DNA of 63,591 bases, counting the filler, from Octopus bimaculoides (Eukaryota), in assembly GCF_001194135.2 (NCBI RefSeq). It is 6 parts of 6 records of this genome, joined end to end, with 100 filler letters (N's around TTAATTAATTAA, not from the genome) between each part and the next. Parts side by side here need not be neighbours in the genome. Positions count along the whole stretch, not along the records: positions 1 to 25,016 come from NC_068982.1; 5 more parts are not named here. One strand, written 5' to 3'. The notes below the pieces were generated by a model that did not search any database, was not told the origin of the DNA, and saw only the letters and a program-made list of their open reading frames with translations. The position numbers were made by a program, and so were the translations under genes. Below, piece by piece: positions 1-12,828 of the stretch (position 1 is the stretch's first letter; every line of letters starts with the position of its first letter).

Positions 1-277
1 ACGACTCCAATTTCCATTTTCGTCTTTTCCTCCTCTGATGGGGTCAACTTTACGTTTGGCCCCTCCTTCTTTATCATTTCTTTATATTTTTCAATTTTCT
101 CAGCCATGTCTTCATTCCAATGTATTTCATATTGCTTCAGCAGGCCTAGGACGACGGAAGCTCGACTCCCCGTCGCTGTTGTATACGTCTTCATTTTCTC
201 CATCTCAGCAACGCCCACCCAAAAATAGTGGCGTTATACTAAAAAAGATCGCAGCGAGTAATAACACGTCCGACCAG

Positions 278-348
278 TAAACTCACGGCAGACGAAATAC
301 CGCTAAGCATTTCGCCCGGCGTGCAAACGTTTGTGCCAGCTCGCTCAC
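278..348 (-). mobile_element. 5' head fragment of tRNA-derived SINE (family C here)
   Basis: Reverse complement (gcgagctggcac...gccgggcgaaatgcttagcggtatttcgtctg) matches the heads of the copies at 26333 and 26563. Confidence 0.7.
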
Positions 349-792
349 CTTTTTATTTAAGCTTTTTGTGGATCATATCCGAAGCTTAGGACTGTAACTA
401 AAAACAAAGAAACTCGATGACAGGAAGAACGGAGTGTGTATTTTTTATAGAAATAAATATTATAATTGCGCAGATATTTCAACACCAAAACACTTCTTTA
501 AAAGGGCTTTGAAAAAAGGCTTTGGCATTGAAACACTTGTACTATCGTAGGGTGTTTATTTTATGATATTTTATGAATGTGTGTGTGGAGGGGGGGAGGC
601 GTGTGCGTGTTTGGGGTAGGGGCGTATGTGTGTGTGTGTTGTTCTTTTATGTTAGTTCATCAAAGAGTCCTGAAATAGTTCGTTAAGTGTTCGGGAACTA
701 TGCTTGAGAAATTCACGTAGGTGTGAAATATACGTGTGCTTGTGTATATATACATATATATGTATGTATATATATGCATACATACATACATG

Positions 793-860
<68 letters not shown>

Positions 861-1165
861 CACTGCACACGCACACACACATACACACACATATGTATGT
901 ATGTATATATCAAGATAGACATCGTCCTCGCTTTGAAAACCATCATTCGTTAATATGAAATATCGTTGCTTACCTTTCATATTTATCACTTTTAAATATC
1001 ATACACTATTGTAAAAATCATAAGAGGATCATGACAACAAACTGGTTATTGCATTACAATATTTAGTTTAATCCTTCTGATATTGACTGAAGTTTAGCAG
1101 TATACGGCAGCCGTCGACCTCACACCGCTATGTCCTCTTCACACACGTTTTATTATTTTCCAATG

Positions 1166-1778
1166 TAAGACCGGGATCTTTTTTAAAACGGGGGCCACAT
1201 TTTTCATTAACGAAACACTTTGAAACTTGGAACACTGGTAGAATGTGTCATATAAAACATCTTTTTCTCTTAGTCTTCTTAAAAAAAAAAAGAAATCCAT
1301 AAATTATTCCATGTTAAAGTTGTCGTATTTCTGTAATTTCAACCAATCACTGACGTCCATTCAGCCGATATACATTAAGCGCCGACTACATAAACAAACG
1401 ATTCTGAAACAATTAACCCTAACCCTAACCCTAACTCTAACCCTAACCCTAGGGTTAGGGTTAGGGTTAGGGTTAGAGTTAGGGTTAGGGTTAGGGTTAA
1501 AGCAAATTTAAAATGCAAAAAGCAAATAAAACGAAGAATCGTTTGTTTATGTAGTCGGCACTTAATGTATATCGGCTGAATGGACGTCAGTGATTGGTTG
1601 AAATTATCGAAATAAGACAATTTTTTACATGAAATAAATTCGAATACAAAAATATTTTTCTGTTCTATAACACAAAATAGATAAGTATACGAAGTTTGAA
1701 AGTCTTTCGGTACCAAAAACACTACGTAAAACATTAATGAAAAATGTGGCCCCCGTTTTAAAAAAGATCCTAAGACCG
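1166..1778. mobile_element. Non-autonomous DNA transposon (MITE), 597 bp (1174-1770), perfect 37-bp TIRs, 8-bp TSD TAAGACCG
   Basis: TIR GGATCTTTTTTAAAACGGGGGCCACATTTTTCATTAA at 1174-1210, exact reverse complement at 1734-1770. TAAGACCG at 1166-1173 and 1771-1778. Superfamily not determined; GG termini with an 8-bp TSD fit Merlin or MULE better than typical hAT (inference). Confidence 0.92.
1413..1500. repeat. Back-to-back telomere-type array (AACCCT)6 / (AGGGTT)8 centred on CCTAGG
   Basis: Read directly. Each arm has one variant unit (AACTCT / AGAGTT) lying three perfect units from its outer end. Confidence 0.95.
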
Positions 1779-2491
1779 ATCAAGCTAGGCAAGACTTGTT
1801 TCAAGTTTTTTCTGCATTATTATTGCATCACTAAACGATATTAAGTTGCTAGGGGTCTTGTGAAAATACATAAATATCAATATCTCTGATTATCTGTTGA
1901 ATCTTCTAACAACGTATAACCTTTTATGCTTGCTTATTCATTACGAACGTTGATTAGGAGAAATAAGGTGGAAGGGCGATGGGTAAATTGAGATGACGAA
2001 GCAAGGAGAGATAAAAGACCGTGAAATACTGACAGATAGACAGATAGATTGAGAGATACTTCGTGAAACAGGAAGAGAGAGAGAAAGAGTGAGGGACATG
2101 GCGTGATAAAAACAACACAAAAACAGGGGGCGGAAATAAGGAAAAAGAAAGAACGAACGGTAGGAATTTAAAGGAATAAGAAAAGAGAGCAAAAATGTAT
2201 GTACGTATGTGTGTGTGTGTGTGTATATAATACACAGATGCATATATACGTGTCAACACAAACACACACACACACACACAATATGATCATTAGTCCGCCA
2301 AAGTATGCTGTGTTTTGCCTATAGTTCTACGCTTATACTTATGGCTCCCGAAGATTCATACACGAAGTAGGATATATTTTGTCTGACGATTATGGATGGA
2401 ATATTTTATTCATTCTTAAACTTATTTTTGCTTTGAAATCTTTATTCTAAAAGCACCAAATCAGTTTCTTTTGAACTTGTCACCCACTGAA

Positions 2492-2575
<84 letters not shown>

Positions 2576-2760
2576 TTAAGAAAATTCGTTCCGTGTTGGA
2601 CAAGAAATAATTCTACTTTTTTTTTCAACCATGGCTTTTATTGAAGCTATCTTAGTGAGTTGTAATCAGAAAGATGATAACTGTGCGGAAGCCCGTCAGA
2701 TGGTACATGCCCATAAATTCTAAAAGTCAGCTTTTCTACACATTGTCCCATATTGATTGT

Positions 2761-2815
2761 CAGTGGCGTCGTTAGAGGTGCCGCCCGGGTCGACCCTTAA
2801 CTTTGCACCCCATCC
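2761..2815 (+). mobile_element. Isolated left terminus of a small GC-rich DNA element
   Basis: CAGTGGCGTCGTTAGAGGTGCCGCCCGGG...ACCCTT resembles the left end of the MITE at 63193. No matching right end found. Confidence 0.35.
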
Positions 2816-2944
2816 CACATATTGGCTTATAAAACAGGCCCAGATAAATAGATTTAAAAAATGGATAGATAGATAGAGAGGTAAGAAGATAAATAGATAG
2901 ATAGGACGCTCTATCAAGTAAGTTAGTTATGTATACTCTCTGTC

Positions 2945-3077
2945 TTTCTCTGTCTGTCTATCTATCTGTCTGTCTATCTATCTGTCTGTCTATCTATCTG
3001 TCTGTCTATCTATCTGTCTGTCTATCTATCTGTCTGTCTATCTATCTATCTGTTTGTCTATCTATCTGTCTGTCTGT
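2945..3077. repeat. (ATCT/GTCT)n compound microsatellite
   Basis: Read directly. Confidence 0.95.
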
Positions 3078-3555
3078 CTCTTCCTCCCTGAGTCAAAGTA
3101 CTTTATTACTGATAGTTATTTTTAACCGTTCTTTCGGACTGTTGAATGATGAATGAAGTAGTTGGTGAGATTTGAGCTTAAAAACTGACAATAAATATTG
3201 ATTAAATTTCTACTGGGTACAAATACCTTCATAGTTTAGAGAAACGGAAAATGAAAACTGTACTAATAACTTTGACGGAAAAACTCGAGTGACTTCTTTA
3301 AAAGTATCTTTTGGTTGGTGCTGTTGAAAAGATAACGGGACTATTTTTTAATTTTTATTATATTCAGTCATTAATGTATAACCAACATTGTTTTCTTTGA
3401 CCACACACACACACGCACACATATAGTGTACTGTTCCGTGATGGTTAGATCAACTAAAACAGTGAGTACTCCATCTGGTGAGAGATAAATATTATTTAAT
3501 AAACACAGTATGCATTTTTATGAGCTACTAATAGTTTCATGTAATGACAAACAAC

Positions 3556-4075
3556 TCAGATAGCATTTTCTAACATGCCTGATGCCTTGCACAGTTTTCC
3601 TTTACCTAATTCATCCACAAGGCTTCGATCAGCCCAGATTATAGGAACAGACATTTGTTTAACGTACCGCCCCACAGCAATGAAACCAAAACTACTTGTT
3701 GGTGATTTGAACTTCTCAACCACCCACTTAAGCCTGTATTCAACAAATATTGTAAGATCCACAATTATGAATCTTTAATTACAGAACAGTTATTTTCTAG
3801 GTTCTTGATGCAAGAATTTAAAGGAGGAAATATTAGCATCTGACAGTATCAATCCTTCATCTTATAAGCCAAGGTCCCGGAAAAATCTTCGAGAATTTTC
3901 CATTTATAGCTTATATGATATCGTTCTCATTGGAGCTGTAATATATTGAAGCATAATGGCAGGAAGATATTCTCAGTGGTTTACGCCTTCGACTTCTGTT
4001 ATTTCCTTGGTGAATGCTTTTGCATTCTCATCAATTTGTAGATAAGGACTTGTGCTGCTAGGAAACAAATCGTAC
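3556..4075 (-). pseudogene. Decayed reading frame of unknown origin (~170 codons, 5 in-frame stops)
   Basis: One frame reads YDLFPSSTSPYLQIDENAKAFTKEITEVEGVNH*EYLPAIMLQYITAPMRTISYKL*MENSRRFFRDLGL*DEGLILSDANISSFKFLHQEPRK*LFCN*RFIIVDLTIFVEYRLKWVVEKFKSPTSSFGFIAVGRYVKQMSVPIIWADRSLVDELGKGKLCKASGMLENAI*. Protein-like composition; no family recognised. Confidence 0.35.
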
Positions 4076-4112
4076 GAGATCAAAGGATTTCTTGAGTGTC
4101 AGCATCACTGTC

Positions 4113-4166
<54 letters not shown>

Positions 4167-4257
4167 NNNNNNNNNNNNNNNNNNNNNNNNNNNNNNNNNN
4201 NNNNNNNNNNNNNNNNNNNNNNNNNNNNNNNNNNNNNNNNNNNNNNNNNNNNNNNNN

Positions 4258-4318
<61 letters not shown>

Positions 4319-4550
4319 GAAGCAAGCACGATGCACACGCGTATGGCAGTATATATCAATGTGTCTATATATGTATAAAACTGAAATAATGTGCGTGTAT
4401 ATATATATATGTATATATGTATATGTATATACAAATATCTATCTATAAACTATCTAAATATCTACATGTATGTGTGCGTTCATATGCATATATGTATATG
4501 TATATACACACACACGCACACACATATATGTATGTGTGTGTGTGTGTGTG

Positions 4551-4605
<55 letters not shown>

Positions 4606-5167
4606 ATATATATATATGTATATATATATANNNNNNNNNNNNNNNNNNNNNNNNNNNNNNNNNNNNNNNNNNNNNNNNNNNNNNNNNNNNNNNNNNNNNN
4701 NNNNNNNNNNNNNNNNNNNNNNNNNNNNNNNNNNNNNNNNNNNNNNNNNNNNNNNNNNNNNNNNNNNNNNNNNNNNNNNNNNNNNNNNNNNNNNNNNNNN
4801 NNNNNNNNNNNNNNNNNNNNNNNNNNNNNNNNNNNNNNNNNNNNNNNNNNNNNNNNNNNNNNNNNNNNNNNNNNNNNNNNNNNNNNNNNNNNNNNNNNNN
4901 NNNNNNNNNNNNNNNNNNNNNNNNNNNNNNNNNNNNNNNNNNNNNNNNNNNNNNNNNNNNNNNNNNNNNNNNNNNNNNNNNNNNNNNNNNNNNNNNNNNN
5001 NNNNNNNNNNNNNNNNNNNNNNNNNNNNNNNNNNNNNNNNNNNNNNNNNNNNNNNNNNNNNNNNNNNNNNNNNNNNNNNNNNNNNNNNNNNNNNNNNNNN
5101 NNNNNNNNNNNNNATCTATCTATCTATCTATCTATATATATATATATATATGTATATATATGTATAT

Positions 5168-5303
5168 ACGACAGGCTTCTTTCGGTTTCCGTCTATCAAA
5201 TCCACTTAAAAGGCTTTGGTCGGCCCGAAGCTATAATAGAAGACATTTACCCAAAGTATCACGCGGTGGGATTAAACCGGGAACCATGTGGTTGGGAAGC
5301 AAG
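5168..5303 (-). mobile_element. tRNA-derived SINE, 5' head and core part (family A; octopus OR-like)
   Basis: Reverse complement matches the head and core of the near-complete copy at 53923-54412 and ends at a (TA)n tract. Confidence 0.85.
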
Positions 5304-5611
5304 CTTATCTATGTATCCATCGATTATCTATTTATATGTACAGTATATATTGTCTATACATTATCTATATACACTCATGAATGTTTTTGTATATTTTTAA
5401 CATTTAATGTACACAGTATTTAAAATGAGCTATCAATAGTTTCTTACCATAGAGACACTGGGATGAACAGATTTATGTAACGTGGTTTGTGTCTCTACGC
5501 AATCTCCGGGCTCTTGGCACAAGGTTTGAAAATCGGGACGCTGGTACATTAAAAATCGCGAGAAAAAAACGAGCTTGATGCAAAAAGTGGAACGAGAAGA
5601 CAAAGGGTGGA

Positions 5612-5660
<49 letters not shown>

Positions 5661-5793
5661 NNNNNNNNNNNNNNNNNNNNNNNNNNNNNNNNNNNNNNNN
5701 NNNNNNNNNNNNNNNNNNNNNNNNNNNNNNNNNNNNNNNNNNNNNNNNNNNNNNNNNNNNNNNNNNNNNNNNNNNNNNNNNATATATATATAC

Positions 5794-5837
<44 letters not shown>

Positions 5838-5900
5838 ATAAATTTTCATAATGAGGTAAAAATCCAAGGCTGTGAAAGATTTTAGAACATTTATAAATAG

Positions 5901-5947
5901 GTCTTACAGCTGTTTCCGAGATGTTTATATATCCCTTCATCGGAGAC
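5901..5947 (-). ncRNA. Minimal type I hammerhead ribozyme-like motif (PLE terminal repeat type)
   Basis: Minus strand: GUCU-CCGAUGA-A-GGGAUAU-auaa-ACAUCUC-G-GAAA-CAGCUG-UA^AGAC. Stem I is GUCU/AGAC and stem III is palindromic. This copy has U4C. Confidence 0.7.
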
Positions 5948-6179
5948 GGTGTGATACATATACAATTATAAATAAGGGCAAAAGACAAAAAGATTTTCTA
6001 TGCCAATATGGTGAAAAACAAACTTTAGATCGTCTAACGGCGTACAATATTTTTCACTATAAATACATAGCGTGTTAAAACGAGAAAAGCAAGCTAACAG
6101 AAATTTTAAAATTTCGCTATCCCCGTTTTTTGGGGTTTGTTTTTTGAGAAGTATATATGTATACATATATATGCATGCG

Positions 6180-6375
6180 TTTGTGTGTCTCTCTTTGTCT
6201 CCCACTCACCATCAGTTGACAACCGATGATGGTGTGTTTACGTCCGCACAACTTAGCGGTTCGTCAAAAGGCACCGTTAGAATAAGTACTAGGCTTACAA
6301 AGAATAAATCCTGGGATCGATTTGTTCGACTAAAACGCGGTGCTCCAGTATGGCCGCAGTCAAATGAGTAAAACA
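6180..6375 (+). mobile_element. SINE family A, 3' half
   Basis: gacaaccgatg...cttagcggttcg...agaataagtactaggcttacaaagaat...gctccag.atggccgcagtcaaatga matches 32280-32480 and 54200-54412. Confidence 0.85.
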
Positions 6376-6408
6376 ATATATGTATGCATGTATGTATCAA
6401 TCTATCTG

Positions 6409-6656
6409 CACGTGTACCCTTAACGTATTTCTCGGGGGACATTCAGCGTGATACAGAGTGTAACTAAGCTGGCCCTTTGAAATGCAGGTACAACAGAACA
6501 AGAAGAAAGTGCTGAAAGAGTACAGCAGGGTTCGCCACTACCCACTGCCGGAGCCTAGGGAAACTTTAGGTGTTTTCGCTTAATAAACACTCACAACGCC
6601 CGGTCTTGGAATCGAAACCGCGAGTCCGCTGCCCTAACCACTGGGCCATTGCGCCT
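6409..6656 (-). mobile_element. tRNA-derived SINE (head H2 + tail T1)
   Basis: Minus-strand head aggcgcaatggcccagtggttagggcagcggactcgc...gtttcgattcc. Head shared with 36390-36560; tail shared with 15670-15755. Confidence 0.8.
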
Positions 6657-8459
6657 CTGCTGCTTGTACATATAAATCATTATAGATATACATCAACTAA
6701 AAGGTATGACTTTATTGAATAAAGAAACAAAGTATATAACGGCGATTTAGCCACTCTGGTATATACGAGTTAGGATTTAATTTAATAATATTAATTAGTT
6801 GTGGCAAACATCGAGATAAGGTATCCTACCTGTTTACTAGTTGTTTTTTTTGTTTTATAGATTTTTTAAAAATATTCCTCTTGCTGATTTTATTTATTTC
6901 TTTATTATTTATTTGAGTTCTTTCACTGCGTATTTTGTTGTGGTTCTAAGTTATATCGCATTCTGAGGAGAAGCTTATTGTAATAATTATGAGGACTGTG
7001 GGCGTATACGCATATACAGACACACACGCAGACACACAGACACTCTCTTTCTCTCTCGCATTCATACACACACACACACACACACACATTGTATAATGTT
7101 TTGATATCGAAGCGTCACGTTGTTATCTCTGTGGCCTTTCGTCGAGTATGCGCATAGATATCATTTTTTTCCCTATAACATATGTATGTAAATATGTCCA
7201 TGTATGTATGTGCACGCAAAAGTGTGTGGGAGTAGTTTTTGCAAGTATGTATGTTAATGTATATACATATGCACGTTCATATATGCGTTTAGATATTTAC
7301 AGGTATACATATACACATACACACACACACATATATGCGTATATATATATATATATACTAATATATACATATATATACATATGTACATGCATATATGCAC
7401 GTATGTACATGCATGTATGGGTATTTAAATATCCATATGCGTATGTGTGTATATATGCATATATGTTTGTATGTGGTTACCTGTATACGCTTGAACATCT
7501 CGTAAACATATACGCATGTCTCTCTCTCTCCCTCTCTCCTCTCTCCTCTCTCTCATCTCTCTCTCCTCTCTCTTTCTCTCTTTGTATATATATATATATA
7601 TATATATGTTTGTGAGTATATATATTTGTATATATATATATATANNNNNNNNNNNNNNNNNNNNNNNNNNNNNNNNNNNNNNNNNNNNNNNNNNNNNNNN
7701 NNNNNNNNNNNNNNNNNNNNNNNNNNNNNNNNNNNNNNNNNNNNNNNNNNNNNNNNNNNNNNNNNNNNNNNNNNNNNNNNNNNNNNNNNNNNNNNNNNNN
7801 NNNNNNNNNNNNNNNNNNNNNNNNNNNNNNNNNNNNNNNNNNNNNNNNNNNNNNNNNNNNNNNNNNNNNNNNNNNNNNNNNNNNNNNNNNNNNNNNNNNN
7901 NNNNNNNNNNNNNNNNNNNNNNNNNNNNNNNNNNNNNNNNNNNNNNNNNNNNNNNNNNNNNNNNNNNNNNNNNNNNNNNNNNNNNNNNNNNNNNNNNNNN
8001 NNNNNNNNNNNNNNNNNNNNNNNNNNNNNNNNNNNNNNNNNNNNNNNNNNNNNNNNNNNNNNNNNNNNNNNNNNNNNNNNNNNNNNNNNNNNNNNNNNNN
8101 NNNNNNNNNNNNNNNNNNNNNNNNNNNNNNNNNNNNNNNNNNNNNNNNNNNNNNNNNNNNNNNNNNNNNNNNNNNNNNNNNNNNNNNNNNNNNNNNNNNN
8201 NNNNNNNNNNNNNNNNNNNNNNNNNNNNNNNNNNNNNNNNNNNNNNNNNNNNNNNNNNNNNNNNNNNNNNNNNNNNNNNNNNNNNNNNNNNNNNNNNNNN
8301 NNNNNNNNNNNNNNNNNNNNNNNNNNNNNNNNNNNNNNNNNNNNNNNNNNNNNNNNNNNNNNNNNNNNNNNNNNNNNNNNNNNNNNNNNNNNNNNNNNNN
8401 NNNNNNNNNNNNNNNNNNNNNNNNNNNNNNNNNNNNNNNNNACACACACACACACACAC

Positions 8460-8515
<56 letters not shown>

Positions 8516-8518
8516 GCA

Positions 8519-8655
8519 TGACAGGCTTCTTTCAGTTTCCATCTACCAAAGCATCGATCGACCCGAGGCTACAGTAGAAATCACTTGTTTAAATTGCCAC
8601 GTAGTGGGACTGAACCCGGAAACAAGTGGTTGGAACAGAAACTTCCTACCACACA
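8519..8655 (-). mobile_element. SINE family A head and core
   Basis: Matches the family A 5' half; abuts (CA)n and an N gap. Confidence 0.8.
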
Positions 8656-9246
8656 CCCACGCTTGTGAATGAATATATATGACTGTGTGCACATGATACG
8701 TGTTGCAGCTTTGATTACCTAAGATGTCAGCCATGATAATAATCAGCGGGGACGTCACTATTAAATGATGAATAAATATAAACTACCCAGATAATATAAC
8801 CCTATATTACATGTGAGGAATATAGTTATATAATCGTGTGTGTGCTTGTGTGAGTGTAAGTGCGTGTGTGAGCGTATGTGTGTGTTTGTGAGTGTATGTG
8901 TGTATGAGGCAGTGTTTTATTTAAAACACGATTCATTCGAAAAAAGTCTTACACCGTTCAGTGAGTTTTGTTATGATTGTTATGCATGAGGTCTTAAAGG
9001 AAAGATTATCACATTTTTATGGATATTCAGTGGTGCTGATGATTGTGATTGTGGTGCTGTGGTAGGTGGGGTGGGGTGGCTGTGGTTTGGATTGACTTTT
9101 ACGTGAATGAGTGTAAGGTAACTATGAGATTGTGACCTTATTGTTTAGTGAGTAAGGAAAAACCGAGATTACATATTGAGAAAGAGTCAGACAAAAAGAA
9201 ATACATCCACACACACACACGCGCACATACACATACACACGCATAC

Positions 9247-9287
<41 letters not shown>

Positions 9288-10331
9288 NNNNNNNNNNNNN
9301 NNNNNNNNNNNNNNNNNNNNNNNNNNNNNNNNNNNNNNNNNNNNNNNNNNNNNNNNNNNNNNNNNNNNNNNNNNNNNNNNNNNNNNNNNNNNNNNNNNNN
9401 NNNNNNNNNNNNNNNNNNNNNNNNNNNNNNNNNNNNNNNNNNNNNNNNNNNNNNNNNNNNNNNNNNNNNNNNNNNNNNNNNNNNNNNNNNNNNNNNNNNN
9501 NNNNNNNNNNNNNNNNNNNNNNNNNNNNNNNNNNNNNNNNNNNNNNNNNNNNNNNNNNNNNNNNNNNNNNNNNNNNNNNNNNNNNNNNNNNNNNNNNNNN
9601 NNNNNNNNNNNNNNNNNNNNNNNNNNNNNNNNNNNNNNNNNNNNNNNNNNNNNNNNNNNNNNNNNNNNNNNNNNNNNNNNNNNNNNNNNATATATAAGAG
9701 TGGGTGTATGTGTGTGTATGTGTTTTGTTTTTATGTTCAGTTATAATAAAAACAATTTTACATTAATCGGAAGGATTACTCCGATGGTTTATTCCATACA
9801 TTTGTAGAGTTCATATTAATTATTCTTTAACAAGCTGATACACCCAATTACTACGTTTTAAAATGCTGGACTAAACTTTGACCTTTACATTGTCAAAGCA
9901 AAGGATTAAATCCAATAAAACCGAAAGTAACTAAAACTAGTGACACATCCTAGGACCCAAAACCTCCCGCTACCTGCCTGCATGTTTTTTGAGGATCATT
10001 AATAAACACTCTCATGACCTAAGTCTAATACACCTAAATATACACCCGTATTTACATTGTTGTACAAGCATTGATGAATGGTGAACAATAACATAACCCC
10101 AAATTTAGTAAATAACGCCTCTCCATTACAACCCACCTTACTTTCTAACTCTCATTAAACTGAATCCCACATACTCTAGAAAGATTTTTCCTCAGCAGGG
10201 ACTATAGAAAGCCAATGCTAATTTAAATGCATCACAGACCTATGAAAGCTGTCAATGATATTCTTGTTAAAGAATGATAAATAAATACACACATGTACGT
10301 ACGTATGTATATGTATATATATACAACCATC

Positions 10332-10383
<52 letters not shown>

Positions 10384-10415
10384 CGTGTGTGTATCGATCT
10401 GTCTAGGTAGCTAGT

Positions 10416-10446
<31 letters not shown>

Positions 10447-10575
10447 AGGTGCATATGTATATATGTAGAGAGAGAGAGAGAGAGCTTGAGAGTGAGAGAG
10501 GAAAAAAGAAAGATAGAAACAAAGCTCTAACAAGCTAGTTAGCTAGCTAATATTTAGGTTGGTAGACAGATAGAT

Positions 10576-11570
<995 letters not shown>

Positions 11571-12226
11571 TGTAGACAATTAGTTACAAGGGCAGAGTAA
11601 CACAGAGCCATATGGACACTGCGTGTGTTGATTTATTTAGGACCAGGATAGCTCTGACCCTTTCTAACCATTCCATGTAATTTTATTTCAAATATGGTAC
11701 ACTTAAGATAAGGATTCCACTTGTCCTTCCATGTCTATAGTATGGTGCTAACTTGACGATTTTGCTGCTGTTTCTAGGTTAACTGTAACGTCATTATGAG
11801 GCTTTCCTTTTTGTGTACGTATTTTGTCAGTGGGCGTACAATTGCGTAGGTTTGTTGATAGCCGCATGCCTATGCGTGTGTTTGTTGGTGTACGTGAGTT
11901 TCAAAACCAATGTGACAAATAATGAATTATCAATCATTTATAAGTGAGGTCATTTTCTGTTTTAAAAAAAAAGCTGTTCATTTATGGTTATGCATAATAA
12001 CTACGTGTGCTCAGTAGAGCTATTGAAATATGTGTTTTTAAGTCTACACGCCCACAAACACATATATGGATGTATTTGTAGACTAACAATGATCGTCTTA
12101 TATGTATGTGTGTGTGTATGTATGTATATATGTGTGTGTGTTTGCATTCACGTACGTATGTACTTATGTATGCATATATATATGCATACGTACATATACA
12201 CACATAATTACCCACCACACACATAC

Positions 12227-12259
<33 letters not shown>

Positions 12260-12778
12260 NNNNNNNNNNNNNNNNNNNNNNNNNNNNNNNNNNNNNNNNN
12301 NNNNNNNNNNNNNNNNNNNNNNNNNNNNNNNNNNNNNNNNNNNNNNNNNNNNNNNNNNNNNNNNNNNNNNNNNNNNNNNNNNNNNNNNNNNNNNNNNNNN
12401 NNNNNNNNNNNNNNNNNNNNNNNNNNNNNNNNNNNNNNNNNNNNNNNNNNNNNNNNNNNNNNNNNNNNNNNNNNNNNNNNNNNNNNNNNNNNNNNNNNNN
12501 NNNNNNNNNNNNNNNNNNNNNNNNNNNNNNNNNNNNNNNNNNNNNNNNNNNNNNNNNNNNNNNNNNNNNNNNNNNNNNNNNNNNNNNNNNNNNNNNNNNN
12601 NNNNNNNNNNNNNNNNNNNNNNNNNNNNNNNNNNNNNNNNNNNNNNNNNNNNNNNNNNNNNNNNNNNNNNNNNNNNNNNNNNNNNNNNNNNNNNNNNNNN
12701 NNNNNNNNNNNNNNNNNNNNNNNNNNNNNNNNNNNNNNNNNNNNNNNNNNNNNNNNNNNNNNNNNNNNNNNNNNNNNN

Positions 12779-12828
<50 letters not shown>

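Noticed and set aside
500-540. Degenerate hammerhead (ctttgaaaaaaggctttggcattgaaac)
   Set aside because: Core and stems are too eroded to support a call.
1413-1500. Chromosome end-to-end fusion scar
   Set aside because: A fusion gives (TTAGGG)n(CCCTAA)n. The order here is reversed, and the array lies inside a TSD-flanked element.
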